A stretch of DNA of 64,000 nt from Neoconidiobolus thromboides FSU 785 (GCA_025603075.1 MU626311.1:52840-116839), one strand, 5' to 3'. Numbered from the stretch's first letter, positions 13,196 to 27,700 are shown. Made by a program: numbers and translations. The notes: a model not told the origin generated them from the sequence alone.

Positions 13196-14468
13196 TTAAT
13201 CTGAAAAATATTGTAATTGAATACCCATAGATTTCAACATAGTATGAGAATTCAATTGATTAGTATTATTAGAATTAGTAGGGGAGGCAATATTCAATCC
13301 CAAAGTATAATGTAATTGTCGATATTTCCCACTAAAAAGTACTGAAAAGCCCTAAAGAATAATATTAAGGCGTTGAAACAATCTATTATAAAGAATAATT
13401 TCCATAAACTCTCTTACCTTACTTAAACTATACTTTGTTTTAATCATTCCTTCCTCTTTATTTCTCCATTCTAATCCTAAAGCATAATCTGATTCTAAAG
13501 AATGAGTATTGAAATAATACCTTGTACTACCAATCAATTGTGGATTTATCATATTTGTATAAGCTAAAGTTAAATGGCCCATAACTGGATTTATTGTTAA
13601 TGTCATATCGGCTGGACTAGGAAATAGACCAAATCTACGTAAACCAAAAGACACTAAAATAATAATGGAGATAAATAAAATGGTTAATGAAATAGAGAGA
13701 TCCTTACCACCACCAATTTTTTTAGCAGCTGAAAAATAAATCTCTCCACCTAAAGACCAAAATGGGTTATGGTTTGTTCGACTGCTTCCTTCTGTAATTT
13801 TATAAAGGGTGCGTATGCCTAATAGTTTATCATCAGAAGTAAAAGAATATTCAGTACACCATTTTTTAACCTCATGTTGTATTAAGAAATATGACTAAAA
13901 TAAAATAAAAAAATGAATCATTACTATTCAAAATAAACTTACATGTGATTTCCCACTCTCATATGGTGTCATGATACCAGATAAAATAAATTGTAGGTTA
14001 TTGTTGATTTTTTTAGTAAACAAAGCTTCTAGTCTGGGTGTAGGTAGATATAAATGTGAATAAAATAAATAATTGATATCATTAAGTTTATCTTCTTTTG
14101 TTTCGTTGATTCTATTTAATTTATCAAAAAAAGTATTATAATAAATTAGTTGATTTTTTGGTAAGTTTAAACTTTGATTGGTATAAATGTATCCTAACGA
14201 ACTTTTTAATTTACTCATATCATTGTTACCACTTAAACTCAATTTATTTTTTTCACCTCGTCTGCCACTTATATAGCCATTGATACCTATTGGAATCTTA
14301 AAGTCTAAAATATCTAAATCGAAAATTATAAATAATGTGAACAAAGAATAAAAAACAAAACATCAAATTACCATTAGAAGATTTACACAAATTGGAATAT
14401 AAATTTTCTTGATTGAAATCATTTAATTCAAAGTATTTGTATAAACAATATTGCATATAATCATACAT
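13196..14468 (-). CDS. MDM10: Mitochondrial outer-membrane beta-barrel Mdm10 (ERMES/SAM), multi-exon
   Basis: MYDYMQYCLYKYF...NLYSNL...ILDFKIPIG, HLYLPTPRLEALF, KWCTEYSFTSDDKLLGIR, SLGGEIYFSA, TLTINPVMGHL, RYYFNTHSLESDYALGLEW, GIQLQYFS. Confidence 0.92.
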
Positions 14469-14723
14469 AATACTACTATTTTTACTCGATTTTTTTTCTA
14501 TTTCTATGTTTTTTTTAAAAATGATAAAAAGTATTTGTTTAATTGGTCAGCTATTTAGTTAAATTTAGTTGCTTCACTTGAGTTTTATTCTCAATGTTAC
14601 ATTCAATAAGGTATTAGTAGCAGTGTTATTTTCATTTACTATTATAATTATAATAAATAATTTAATAATACTGAATAATACCAATAGCTAAAATAATATC
14701 TATTCACTTAGACTAAGTAAAGC

Positions 14724-14823
14724 TATACTGTTTTTTGGTTTCATTACTTTTCCATTTTTTAAGTACTATTTGAGTGGAAAAATTGTTAGTAAAATTCTTA
14801 AACAAAAAAATATATCCCCATAT
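14724..14823 (+). mobile_element. ~98-bp MITE copy, left terminus eroded
   Basis: ...tgttttttggtttcattacttttccattttttaagtactatttgagtggaaaaattgttagtaaaattcttaaac...tatatcccc|atat. Confidence 0.82.
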
Positions 14824-15403
14824 TTGTTTAAATTAAATAAAGCAGTTTTTCATTATTTTGATATTTTAGTATATTAATGTTTAATTTTTTAAATTTTTAG
14901 TGCTTTTTAAGGGTCTCCTTACATTTGTAATTGTTTTGTAAAAACTGCTGACCCAGTAGTCATTTTGAAACTTTTCAAGCAATATACTACATCCTCACAT
15001 ATTACGCTTGGAAAAAATCAGCCCTCTAGCATTTTTCTAACCCCATTATTATTTGGACTTTTTGACCTACTCTCATAACTGTGGAGTATTGTTGTATTAA
15101 AAAAGTTAAGTTAATACAAAAGGAGTCATATAAATAGTTTTGATGCTTGATATCTCCTCCTTCTTTTGACTATTTATCTCTTGTTATTTTCTTTTATAAT
15201 TTACTTTTTTAAGTAAGCCATATAGTCCCCCTGAATGAGTAAATATATAAAAAAGAGTTGCAAATGAATTTAATGCGAGTTGTATCCATTTTCAGTCATC
15301 ATCAAAAATTCTAATACTAGTGAATGAAAATTAACATCAAACAGGATTTAATATTATTATGTTTATTATTACTATTAATAAAAAAGAAACTATTATACTA
15401 TAT

Positions 15404-18400
15404 TTAAATAAAAACGTCCACTGGGATAATATTTTCTGCTGAGAATGCACCTGCTTCAAGCGACACCTGTTCTAGAAACTTGGTAGGAAAGTCGACTAAA
15501 TGGCCTCGAACATTAGACAACACCTTCTTAACTTGATTAGGTTGAACAAGCCTAAAATCAGGATGACCTGTCTGAACCACATTAGAATTAGGAATAAACA
15601 ATTTATATTCATCCCAATTAGTTACTGTATCATCTGGCACACATCGGAATACTTTTCTAAAAGCTTTCGTATTATATTCTGACACATTAAACCAATAATG
15701 GTTGAAGGATTCTGATAATGGGTCTTTCACTACCTCATCTTTATGGTAGGATACGTCAGAGCCTGAGTGATGGGATGGTACTGGAGAAGTTGGTGACAGT
15801 ACTTCATTTAAATCCTCTCCTGCTTCAAAGTTGATAAGATTTACCATCTCAGTACCTGTTAATAAACCTAAATGTTCCTTAAAGAGCGTACATCTTAATG
15901 TATGGGCAAATTTGGCTACTTGGAACTAAGTAAAAAATAGGATTAAATAACCAATAATTAAAATATGTTTTTAATTACCTCTTTCCCAGCCATGGTAGAA
16001 GGAATCATTTCTTGATCTTCAACAATGATAGCCACTTCTGAATCCCTAAAACCAAGCATAGAACGATCATTGATATTAGCTGAACCGCAAATAACTACAC
16101 GATCATCCACAATCATTAATTTAGAATGAATATAAACCAATTCAGTTACATATTGAGAAGCTGCCTCATGGTTTTCTGCTTCAATAGGCTTATTGCCTTC
16201 CGCTTCTAACGGTGTATTGCTATGACTTTCTTCTGGCTTGTTGATATTTAATTTCAATTTCATTTCTTTTAACTTTATTTCAGTTTTATTCGAATGATCT
16301 ATTCCAGCTGGTATAACTGTAGTTGGTTCATTTTTGTTTAAATTCAAATTGTTTCTCTTTTCAACATAGGAAGGCAAGTCTTCCTTTTCTTCCATTTCCA
16401 ACGCTTCACTATTGTTCTCCTGATCTTTACTATAGCTACGCTTATTCTTATCTTTCTTTTTACCTTTTGTTTTGGGCTGAGCCACCCTACTCTCAGACTC
16501 TTCTTCATCAGAGGATCTGGAATCTGCATCAACGCCTTTAAAAGCATCCAAGATGTTCTTAAATGAACTTTCATTTCTTTTGATACTTTGTTGCAAATGT
16601 TTGGGAAGTGGGCTTTTAACATTACCCTGACTATTACTTCTAGTTTTTGGTAAATCAAAGTACCCTTCCGCCTGCTTCTCTGCTGGCGAATTAACGGTAA
16701 ACCTATCATAAACTGCAGGAGTTTGATTCCCTTCCTCGTCTGTCTCAACGTCTGGTTTATATTGATGAGATTGTGGTATAAAATCATAGTTTCTAAGGCC
16801 ATGGAAGTGAACGTATTTTGTTGGCTCAATGCCTTCTTTACGTAATTGCCCCATCACTGATTCATCCCCTCGACATATCGATTGGTATTGCCATTGCATT
16901 ACTAACCGAATTGTATTTGCACTAGCTTCATGTACGTCACTTTGAAAAGCTGGCATCAGTGGCATTATAATTATCACTTTAAATGGAGAATTTTCTTTAT
17001 GTGCTTTGATGATTCTTTTTACTAAGGCCTATTAAAGTGAATAAATAAATAAATAAATAAATAAATAAATATAGTAAACTTACTTTAGCAATTTGATTTT
17101 TAACCGAATAATTACTTTCCCCTTTAGCAGCAGAGACAAAAAATTGATTTTCAATATAAATAAAATGTTTGGCAGCTGCAATGTTTTGTATATAAGCAGT
17201 ATAAATAGAATTCTCCAATTCGATACCAGAAGACCACTCAGCACTAGATCTTAATACCTGTACCCTACAGCTACCTTTTAGACTTTCTTCATCATAATCC
17301 TTGGAAAACTCAGCTTGTGGTAAAAGGTAAGGTACTTTAAGTTTTTGTTTTGCTTTAGAAGTCTTTATGAAATTCCAACGTTCAATAAAATGTCTAGCAA
17401 CATCTCTAGCCCCTACACCAGTTAACGAAAGATGGATATCATGCCATGGCATTCTACCATGTTTCATACGGTCAATTAATTCTTTATTATAATCTTCTAC
17501 ATTTTCGAAATCTCTAATTCGCGCATTGGAATAATCCTGACCAGGAAAAATAATATCATTACCATCTGATAATGGGTTATAATCTGCTACACGATGCGAA
17601 TTATCATCATATCTACCAAAACAAAGATCCAAACCGCCAACAAACGCCAACTTGTTATCTATGATACAAATTTTCTCATGATGTGCCCAAAACCAGGTAC
17701 CATTGGCTTGTACACGATCTGGGTGACGCAACACCTTAATCCGTGGATGCAATTTCTTCAATGTTTGCTTGGTATGTGCCGAATTATTAGGAAGAGAAAC
17801 AGCAATCTCTTTATAAACGATGACAAATATATCAACACCCTGTAAAGCTTTCTTTTTCAATAAACGATCTAACCGAAAGGAAGGATATTGTGAAGGCGGT
17901 CTTCTTAAATATAGTTCTGGACTAAGCCACCAATCAGCAATATAAATGGTATCTTTAGCATGTAAAATAGCTTCAGAAACATCATAAAAATAACCAGCTG
18001 CATCTACATACCATTTCAAATTACAATTTTCTCTTATTGGAGCAAAGGAGTTGTAGCGATGTTCTTTTGTCCACATAGATTTTTTAATAGCTAAATTGAT
18101 ATGAGTACTCCAATGTTTGATGTCATTATAGGATTCCCCTTTTAAATCAATCTGTCTGTTGTGATCTATAATACTGATCTTACGATGATTTAAGGGATTC
18201 ATAGACTCAAAAGATGATAAGTTTAAGCTTGTAAATTGATTGAAAAGGTATACATCAATAGGGGAGGTATCATACACTGATTTACACATAGCGATATAAG
18301 AATCTCTTACAATAACCCATCTAGAAGACCATCTATGAAACATAATAGGAAAGCATCCCTTATTTGTTTTTGTGTTTCTTAAACTTAAAAACCCTTCTTT

Positions 18401-19428
18401 CCCTTTCCAACCCATCAGCTTTTTAAATGAGCATCCACTCATTTCCAAAAACTCAAATAATTCCTTAACCATCTGCATATTCAATAGCTTACACGCTGAT
18501 TTTAAATAGGCTTCTAATGCTTTTCTGCGCTCCAAGGACAACTGTGCCGAATGTTCTACATTTCTTGAAAATGCTCTTTGAAATGTATACGAAAAAATTG
18601 ACGGAAAGCTGGGGATTGCCTTCACTTTCCCTTGAAATTTGCGCTTGTGCATATTTGCTCTCAGCTCTAAAAAATCAATTAAGCGTCGATAGATCACCCA
18701 TCGAATAGGTCCATATTGTAGTTCAATACGAAATATATGACCATTGTCTTTAACACCATCCCCATCCATATCGGCAGAGGAATCCGTGATCTCAAGCTAA
18801 AAGTCAATAAATACAATGGTTTTCTTTTCATATTAGGGTTATAACTCAAAACTTACCTTTAGAGCTTCAAGTATAATAGCTGGGGGCTCTCTTCCATGAT
18901 CATAGTTGAAATGATAAGAAGGGATAGCTAAAGCACTAGTCAAAAGAGGAAAGATGCTTTGTTCTGAGATGTAGTTTTTCTTTTTCTGTCTTAAGACAGA
19001 GTTGGCTAACCTGATGTTAAATACCGCTTTCTTTAGTTTTTTAGTACCTTCTCTCTCTAATCCTAAATTATTATCATGTGGTATCATAGCAGTATTAGAG
19101 TTGATTGTTACTGCATTGCTTTTTGTGTTCTGGGCCGAGGCAGTTTCTTTGACGATACTATCCCCATCTAGATCCTGGTTTTTTGGTTCTTTCATAAAAC
19201 TATTTTCGTTTACCTCTCCTTCATTTAATGATATTTCTCCATTAATATCTTCTTTTATTGGTGACTTTATACTAGGTTCCATAGAGCTCTAAGAATATGG
19301 AGGGTATAATTATAAATTTAAAGTTGCATATAAAGGATACTACTTACCAAGTAAATGTTAGGGGGGTATTGCGTTGGATTTAATGGTGAGACAGGAATTG
19401 TTGTGTCTTCAGGTTCATTATGCGTCAT
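15404..19428 (-). CDS. PLD1: Phospholipase D1 (Spo14-type; PX-PH plus two HKD motifs), multi-exon
   Basis: PX ([10 protein letters not shown]) and PH regions; [41 protein letters not shown]...[28 protein letters not shown]...[26 protein letters not shown]. Confidence 0.97.
17040..17070. repeat. (AAAT)n microsatellite in a PLD intron
   Basis: About 8 tandem AAAT units within the intron at ~17031-17083. Confidence 0.9.
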
Positions 19429-20302
19429 TGAAGATTAATAAGTAAATTTGGTAAGCAAGTGAGATTAAGCTAATCAGCAAAAAAAAGCAAATAGTTAAAG
19501 AAGAGTAAAACTCATTTATTAATGGAAATTTTGTTCTTATCCTCTTTTTTTTAGCAAGCCATTATGTTTGAGATATAGTTTTTAATTTATTGTTAGGCTT
19601 AAAATTCTGATCTTAGACTTTTTTGGGAATTTTTAGCTAATAAAGTGATTTTTATGCGTTGAGTTTCTGGAAGTTAGCTCACTATGAGCTAAGATTAAAT
19701 TTCCTAGGTTCTTTTTTTTTGCTCTAGGCATGTGTTCTTTATTCTTAGAAATTAATATTCACCCTATATGAAAGTCTAAAATTGGGTAGTGTTATTATAA
19801 TAGTAAAAATACAATTTATATAATAACTATATTAATATCTATATTTTTATTTTTCGAAACTTTCACTATCAAAAAATCAAAGCACCTCTATAAAAAATCA
19901 CTATAATACCAAGCTCGAGTATTATTCAAACCTCTAATCATTCTTAAATTTAATACTATCAAACTTTTAGATCAATAAATCAATAAAGCTGTTGATAAAT
20001 TGTGATAAAATTAGGTAAACTATTATTATAAATTTAATTTTTTATCTCACATTTGTAAGATATTGGTGATTAATGATTGTTTTTTTGAAAGAATAGTAAG
20101 AACTAATGGCTGGCTTGAGCTTGATGTTACTGTTGTTGTTACTGTTACAGTAATAGAAAGCATAAAAATTGTTGAGATTATAAATTCTATTGATCTCAGT
20201 TTTTTTACATATGACCTAAAGCTTTAAATTGAAACAATCTAAATGTTTGATTCACTTATATTTTGAATAAAAAAATAAATCAAAAATAAATAAACACAAA
20301 CT

Positions 20303-20407
20303 ATATGGGGCTGTTTTTTTTGGTTTCATTATTTTTCCATTTTTTAAGCACTATTTAAGTGGAAAGGTTGTAGTAAAATTCTTAAACAAAAAAATACATC
20401 CCCATAT
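20303..20407 (+). mobile_element. ~98-bp MITE copy (TSD ATAT/ATAT)
   Basis: atat|GGGGCTGTTTTTTTTGG...AAAAAAATACATCCCC|atat. Confidence 0.9.
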
Positions 20408-20835
20408 TCTAAAAAATAGTGTTATCCCTTAAGATAGTTTAGTTCTATTAATTTAGATTTTAGTTAAGTTATTATATATAAGTTTTAAATATGTTTATAA
20501 ACGGCCATTACATAAAATCATAGTTATATTCAAATAATTTAAAATTAAATCGCCGAATATTTGTTAAATAGTGAAGTTTAAAGTTTAAAGTATAACTTTA
20601 TTTTTAAATGTCAATGTTCTGAAGACTTTCAGCTTAGTTTTGTTTATTTTATCTCACAATGATATAAAACATTTGAGAAATAAAATACTTAAGGACAATA
20701 GGAGTAATATTTATTAAAACAAAACAAAATTTAGTACAAAATAAAATTATTAAAGAACTTTTATTATGCCAGAAACCAAAAAATTGAAAATCGTTTTTAT
20801 TTTTTATTATCAATGTAACTCCTAATAACTTTTAA

Positions 20836-20940
20836 TAATGGGAGTGTTTTTTTTGACTTCATTATTTTTTCCATTTTTAAGCGCTATTTAAGCGGAAAGT
20901 TTGTTAGTAAAACTTTTAAACAAAAAAATACAGCCCCAAT
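20836..20940 (+). mobile_element. ~98-bp MITE copy
   Basis: taat|GGGAGTGTTTTTTTTGACTTCATT...AAAAATACAGCCCC|aatg. Confidence 0.88.
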
Positions 20941-21742
20941 GCTCATTATGTTTTAATTTGGATATTTTGGTTTAATTATAAACTCAGCTGTATCAGCTAA
21001 CATTCTAAAATGTAGTGAAAATATCATAAAAAGTATATAGCATTTTCAACCCATCATTGTATCTCATAAAAAAATCTAAACAAACTGATCGAAAAAATTC
21101 GATAATAATTTTAGACAAAAGTGAACAGAAGTGAGGAAAATCGTGAACTTCAGTTATTGTATCCTGTACTTTGCTCTTTTTTCCAAAAGACTTTATCAGA
21201 ACTCCATCAATTTGTCTAGATTTTTTCACAAGACAACCGTGATTAGTTAAGTACTGTATTAGCTTTAATTTGTTATAAGCAATTTTCATTTTTTAATGCT
21301 TTAGTAAAATGCTCACAAAATCAAATAATTTAGTAAAAGCGAGACTTCTTAGAACTTAAACTAATCATTTTTAAATATGAGATTCGAATGTTAATTAAAA
21401 AACTATAATTCTCATACAATAGATGACAATATAATAGTATTAATATTGTAAACTTGTTTCTATTTTTTCTATCAAGTAGCCTTTTTACATTTTAATAATC
21501 CACTTAGTCATATTTAAACTGCTAACTGTAGCCTCTTTTAAATAGGAAAAGCAATAGTGACAAATCAAGATATAATTGGATTTAGCAATCAAAAAAAGGT
21601 GAGGTGGTCCATGAATAAAACACGAAACGCCCATTTTATTGGTTAAAGTCGAGATGAAACATTCTAAATGGCAAGCAATGATTAGCTAATTTGAATCACG
21701 AGGAAAAAGAAATGCAATAGATTCAACCGATTGGCTTTAATC

Positions 21743-21757
21743 TTTCTGGAAGCTTCG
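21743..21757. promoter_or_regulatory. Candidate heat-shock element upstream of calreticulin
   Basis: tTTCtgGAAgcTTCg: three alternating nGAAn units, ~75 bp upstream of the ATG. Several CCAAT/ATTGG boxes lie nearby. Confidence 0.5.
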
Positions 21758-21832
21758 ATAGCAGTAGCTAAAAAACAAATATAAAAAGCAATTTTATAAC
21801 TTAACAACCTTCAAGTTTTATTTAAGTAAAAA

Positions 21833-23180
21833 ATGAGAGCTTATAATTATATATTAACCAGTTTAGCTATATCCGCAATTAGCGGTAAGGTATACTTTGA
21901 AGAGACATTCGATGGGGAGCTCGGAAAAGAATGGGTCAATTCAGAAGCTAAGAAAGATCTCGGAAAGTTTGTAGTAAGCCCAGGTCAATTTTATGCTGAT
22001 GAAAAGGCTAGCCGTGGTTTACAAACCTCAGAAGACGCCAGATTTTATGCTATCTCTGCTCCTCTTAAAGAAACTATCGATAACAAAGATAAAGACCTCG
22101 TTATTCAATTCTCTGTCAAATTTGAACAAGATATTGATTGTGGTGGAGGTTATATTAAGGTACGTTGCTAATTTTTTTTATTTTTTTTAACTAAGATGTT
22201 TTAGCTTGCTCCAAAATTTGATCCTAAGAAATTAGATGGAGAAACCCCCTATAATGTCATGTTCGGAGTAAGTTTGTTCCGTTTGATTATATTAAACTTT
22301 ATTAATTGTAAATTTATAGCCTGATGTATGTGGCTCTGACCGTAAAGTCCATGCCATCCTTAACTACAAAGGGGAAAACAAACTTACCAAGCGCTACGTA
22401 AGTGTACCAAGTGACCTTTTAACCCATCAATACACCTTTGCCATTCATCCAGATAAAACTTATGAGATTTTAGTCGACAACGAGCAAAAGGTGAACGGAA
22501 CCTTACTCGAAGATTGGGATTTATTACCACCAAAAGAAATTGAAGACCCAGAAGATAAAAAACCTGAAGATTGGGTTGAGGAACCAACAATCGATGATCC
22601 TGAAGATAAAAAACCTGAAGATTGGGTTGATGGACCAGAAACTATCCCAGATTCAGAAGCTGTTAAGCCAGAGGATTGGAATGATGAGGATGACGGTGAA
22701 TGGGAACGCCCTTCCATCCCAAATCCAGAATATAAAGGAGAATTTAAACCAAAAACAATCCCTAACCCAGAGTACAAAGGAGAATGGGCCCCTAAGAAGA
22801 TTCCTAATCCAGAATATAAGGAAGATGATACCATTGGTCAATATACTTCAGAGTATATTGCTTTTGATTTATGGCAAGTTAAATCTGGAACCATCTTTGA
22901 TAACATCTTAATCACAGATGACTTGGAGTATGCCAAAAAGTTTTCAGAGAAACATTACGTTGCTCACAAAGAAGCTGAAGAAAAGGCACTTGAAGTTGAA
23001 GAAAAGAGAAAGGCTGCCGAACAAGAAAAACTTGATAAAGAAAAGGAAGAAGAAGAAAAAGCTAAGAAAGTAACTGATGAAGCCGAAGCTAAAGCTGAAG
23101 AAGAAGAAGAGAAGGAAAAAGAAAAGGAGTCTGAAGAAGATTTAGATTTGGATTTGGAAGATGAAAAGGATGAGCTTTAA
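21833..23180 (+). CDS. CALR: Calreticulin, 3 exons, C-terminal KDEL
   Basis: Signal peptide; VYFEETF, GLQTSEDARFYAISA, QFSVKFEQDIDCGGGYIK, MFGPDVCG; P-domain repeats (DPEDKKPEDW, IPNPEYKGEW); DLWQVKSGTIFDN; acidic tail ending KDEL; no TM segment, so not calnexin. Confidence 0.97.
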
Positions 23181-23520
23181 GCTGTTTGAAGTTTTACTAT
23201 TTTTTAAATTAAAAAATAGATCATAAAAATCTATAAATAAAATACCAGTATCTAATTTATATTTACTTTTTATTATAATTTTATTAATTTTCAATATATG
23301 ATAAATAAATACTAAACACCAATAAGAGGCAAAAAAACACAAACAGTAATGAACTATAATAACAAAAAATAATAGTTAGATATAAATAATGAATAAAAGA
23401 TAACGGGATTCAAATAATAATGATGAATAGCAATTAAAAAAAGGGCTTCTATCAACTACTTTATTAAAGCGATAACACATGTAAATAGTATAGTAGTTCT
23501 ATATATCATTTTTGTTTAAA

Positions 23521-24483
23521 TCATAATTCAGCAGTAGGCCTTTGAAACTCTACAATACCATTATAAATATATTTGGACTCTATGTTCTCAAGGTGTAAAA
23601 GTTGACTTCGAACATAGCGAACCATATAAGCTATTTGTTTTTCTTTAATTGAGCCTTCACAAGTGGTGAAAAAATTTCTATTTAAAAAGTTAAACTAAAA
23701 TGTGTGAAAAAAAGTTTAGGATTACCTCCAAAGTGCAGCTGCAAGCACAAGGTCTGATTTACACATACCCTCGTCATAAGCTAAGTTAGATCCACGGAAA
23801 GACTGAATCATTTCCTTTACTGTTTTAACTACTATTCTTTCTGATTTGATCTAGATATGAAGTTACATTAAAAACTATTGATATTGATTCAATTAATAAT
23901 TTACTCCATAATCCCTAATCTTATGCTCTACGCCATTAAAAAACCTATTGACTAACATCTGGTTGGTAGCTCTACCATTAGGTTCTGCACGAATCCTAAC
24001 CATAACCATCCATAAATGTAATTGAGTGATAGAAAACCAAGTTTGAAAGTTATCAGGAAGTCCACAAACTATAAAGGTTAAAATCCCATTACTATTGTTA
24101 TTAAATAAAAATAATATATTCCTTTACCTTCCACAAAGAACTCTTTGTTATCATCCAACATTTCTTCACATGAAGTATAAATCCCTTGTACCTGTCGAGT
24201 TAATACTACTTGAGGGATCTTGTGTAGGTTTAATTTAACAACTAGCTTTTCATACCATGTTTTTGGGTTCTCAAAACCAATGATGGGGTGTTCCTCCTTT
24301 TTAGCAGTCAAGAGGGAAGTATTATGAAACGCTCTTGTTGAAACTACCATTGTAGTTACTGGTTTTATACTTGGGGTTAATGCCATGAGAAGACACTATT
24401 TTTGATACTATTAGTTTATGAATTTTTTACTTTTTATCTTTGCTTACTTTGGATGTGGGCTTGTTGATTAAATTCGATTTCAT
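23521..24483 (-). CDS. CBP3: Ubiquinol-cytochrome c chaperone Cbp3 (UQCC1), multi-exon
   Basis: CGLPDNFQTWFSITQLHLWMVMVRIR, FRGSNLAYDEGM..SDLVLAAALWRNFF, YVRSQL..L. Confidence 0.92.
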
Positions 24484-24757
24484 TTTTTAAATTTAAATAA
24501 ACAAGTATTTTTTTTTTGAAAAATTATGAAGATTGTTTTTGATTTTTAACTATTAAGGTTTTTTTTCGCTTGAAAATGATTGGCTTTTGGTTTTATGCAA
24601 GTATGATTTTCGATGAATAAAAATGGGAAATTTTACGATTTTATTTAAATATCTTTCCAAGCAATAATATAACATTTCTAACTTATAACAAAATTTTGTT
24701 TTATATAATAATAGCAACAAATAGTTTCATATTCATAATTTTTATTCAAAATATAAA

Positions 24758-27700
24758 TTAATTGAAAATTTTAATAGCTTTTTCTCCAAACCTTTGGAAC
24801 CTAGAACTTTTATCCAAATGGTCCAACCCAAGTTGGTGTTCTAAATTGAATTCAATTCCTTGCCATTCTTCATCTAATAAAATTGAAACAATAATTAATA
24901 TTTATCGTCCTTATTAAATAGTTAAATAAACTAATTACCACTTTCAATATAACTAGATTGTAAACTATATAAGCTATCTCCTACGACTGATGCTAACTTA
25001 TATTTAGAAAATTCTTTTTCAGATACTCCTAATCGATTACTTAATCGTACTTTAAAGTCTTCAAATGGCTCATCCTAAACAATTATTGAGAACTAAACAA
25101 TCTAAATAAGACAAACTCATTTACCTTCGATTTTTTAATTAGGAAAGGAGTACCATGGGTGCGAATTTCTTCTTTAGAAAAGTGAAATACAGGCACCAAA
25201 ACATCTGATTCTTGGGTCTTACTATTTTCTGGTGTTATAGTCTAATAAAAAACATAAGTATACATCCAACAAAGCCAAGACTTTAGTTTACTTCTGCATA
25301 AATCACTGCATGCTTACTAAGCTCTGAAACTAAAAGGTCCTCCTCAACAAAACCAGCAAACCTTGCTTGGTCCGCTTCATAGCATTGTATATTTTCCACT
25401 TTAATATTGACCTCTTCAAGTTTCTCATAAAGCAATTCTAATACTTCTTTCATGCTTCCATCTTTTGGTACCAAAAGATCAAATGTGGTCTCATCTTTAA
25501 TGCTATCACCTAAATAGATAACCTGTACATTTCTTTTAGATTCCAATTCAACTATAGTAACTTCAAGTAGCTCATAGTATACTATACATGGTTGATTATA
25601 CATGTAATTATAGCGTAATATATTTTCTAACAGAGTTTGTGGAGCATAAGATACTGGAGTAGATAAAAGGCTGCGTGCACCATTTGGTGTATAAAGTCGA
25701 AGCTTAAGAGGATCTACTTTTAATTTACTAGCTAAAATACCAACAAACTGAGATATAACATTAGTAAAAAAATTGAATCATTAACATAATTAACTTACTT
25801 CTTCGTAAGTCAATTTTCTATTTAAACTTAAAATTATATCTGTTTTTGTATCTACTTGATTAACATTGGAAGTAACAGCTTTGTCTTTGAATGCAATTAC
25901 TACTTGATTGCTTAAATTCTCAAAGTAACCTAAAATTCCTCCATTTTCATTATCGCTTAATTTACTAAACAAGAATAAAGATAATGAATAAAATCATATA
26001 ATAATAATAATAATATACTTTTCAATTGCTTTTTGGAAACAGATGATATCCCCAGTAGTAATATCGGCATTAGCTAAAGTAAGATCTAAAGGAATTGGTT
26101 CTACATAATTTTGTTTAACCTCCTAATAAATTAAATTGATTTAACAGCATTATTAATTGTATATTATTAATTTACATCAAACAAATCTAATGGTGTATCG
26201 GTGGGGAAATTCATATAGGTGTTTAAACAAGCAACAATCTCACTAAATGGAGTTGCTTTATTTGCATAAAATTTCCCAACATAACTAAACTTTTTAATAT
26301 TATTCATATATTTAATAAAGTAATCTATTTACCTTAAATTTTTTTCTTCGTGATCGTAGTATTTAACCATTACTAGAATAATTTGTTCATTTTCAACATC
26401 AGGAAACACCTAGACAAAATTTTAAATAAATACATGACGAACCAAATTAATACTTACTGGATCTCTAGGGATGATGAAATTTGAAGTTTCAATATAGATT
26501 ATTCCTGGTGAATATTCCCCAAAATATTTTTCTTTAAATTTCCCAACACCTACAAATTGGTATTTATACTTAATTGAAAAATAGGAATCAACTTACTTAA
26601 TTCTTCAACATGGTCTATCAAAGAAGCAACCCTAAAAGTCTGATTTTCTCTTAAAACAATTGACCATAAACGGAAAGTTCCTTCTTGAAGAACAGCAGTA
26701 CCAGCAATATATTTTATAAGCTCATTTAAGCTAGATGCTTTGGGAAAAGATAAATTATAAAAGGAGGGTGGTATATTGTAACTATCTGGTGATTCTAAAA
26801 TTCCAAATCCGTGATGACTTCTAATTTCTTCATCTGTCAGCACCTAAACAATATTAACTAAACTATCCAATAATAACTAATAGGGTTTACTCTAAAATTA
26901 GCTTGAAGACCAAGTTCAGTTCTCTTCTTAGTAGCTGCAATAGCTGCTGCCTTTTCTTTATCAATCCTTTCGACTATCAAAGTTTAAATATTTATATATA
27001 TACAAATGTTATAATTAATTACGCAAGTGGTGAGGCACATCATCAATAGTAACCTCACTAAGTATCTCTTTTAATTTAGATTTACGAACATAAACTAACA
27101 TATAAGCATTGCTAAACTTTTTCAAAAGTCGGTGATTTGGTCTCATTCCAGGAGTTAATGTCATGCCTCCGGTATCTGACCCAAAACTTTCTTCAAATAC
27201 TTCATTATCTGTTGCAAAGGTGACTCTGTCATCATCAAATTTATACCTGGATAAATAAATAAATATTCATGTTGTCAAAAATTTTATAATTAAAACATAC
27301 CATTTGCCGCCTGGAGTTGGTTTAAGAAGAGCAAAATAATGGCCCCCATGTAAATCACCACTATGTACTAGCACGCCATGGAGTTGATATTCCCAGGATT
27401 CTGAACGATCTGCTTCTTCTGAAAGGAAATCACCTAAATCAATGGAATCTGGGAACTCATAACGGTCATTGATTTTAACCATCATATCACGCATAAAATC
27501 ATAATCAAATCGTTTTAATTGAAGGTGTAAAACCGGAGGAAAGCTTTCAAATATAACTCCTTTTTTAGCATCTTGGAGCCCATAACCTTCTGCCATATAT
27601 TTGTTTTCTCCTTCTAATACTTCTACCTCAACGTAATTCTCAAATGATTCTCGTACGTTTTTGCACCCTTTTACATTCAATTGTATATCATAAAAATCTT

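Noticed and set aside
19290-19347. GTATCCTTT (U12-type 5' splice-site-like) inside PLD intron 1
   Set aside because: The canonical GTAAGT donor 7 nt upstream gives the in-frame junction, the alternative would frameshift, and no U12 branch point is visible.
19674-19692. TTAGCTCA-CTA-TGAGCTAA 8-bp palindrome upstream of PLD
   Set aside because: Short enough to occur by chance in 64 kb, with no second instance.
21005-21289. 94-aa minus-strand ORF between PLD and calreticulin
   Set aside because: No recognisable motif, signal or splice context; left uncalled, though it could be a TE remnant.
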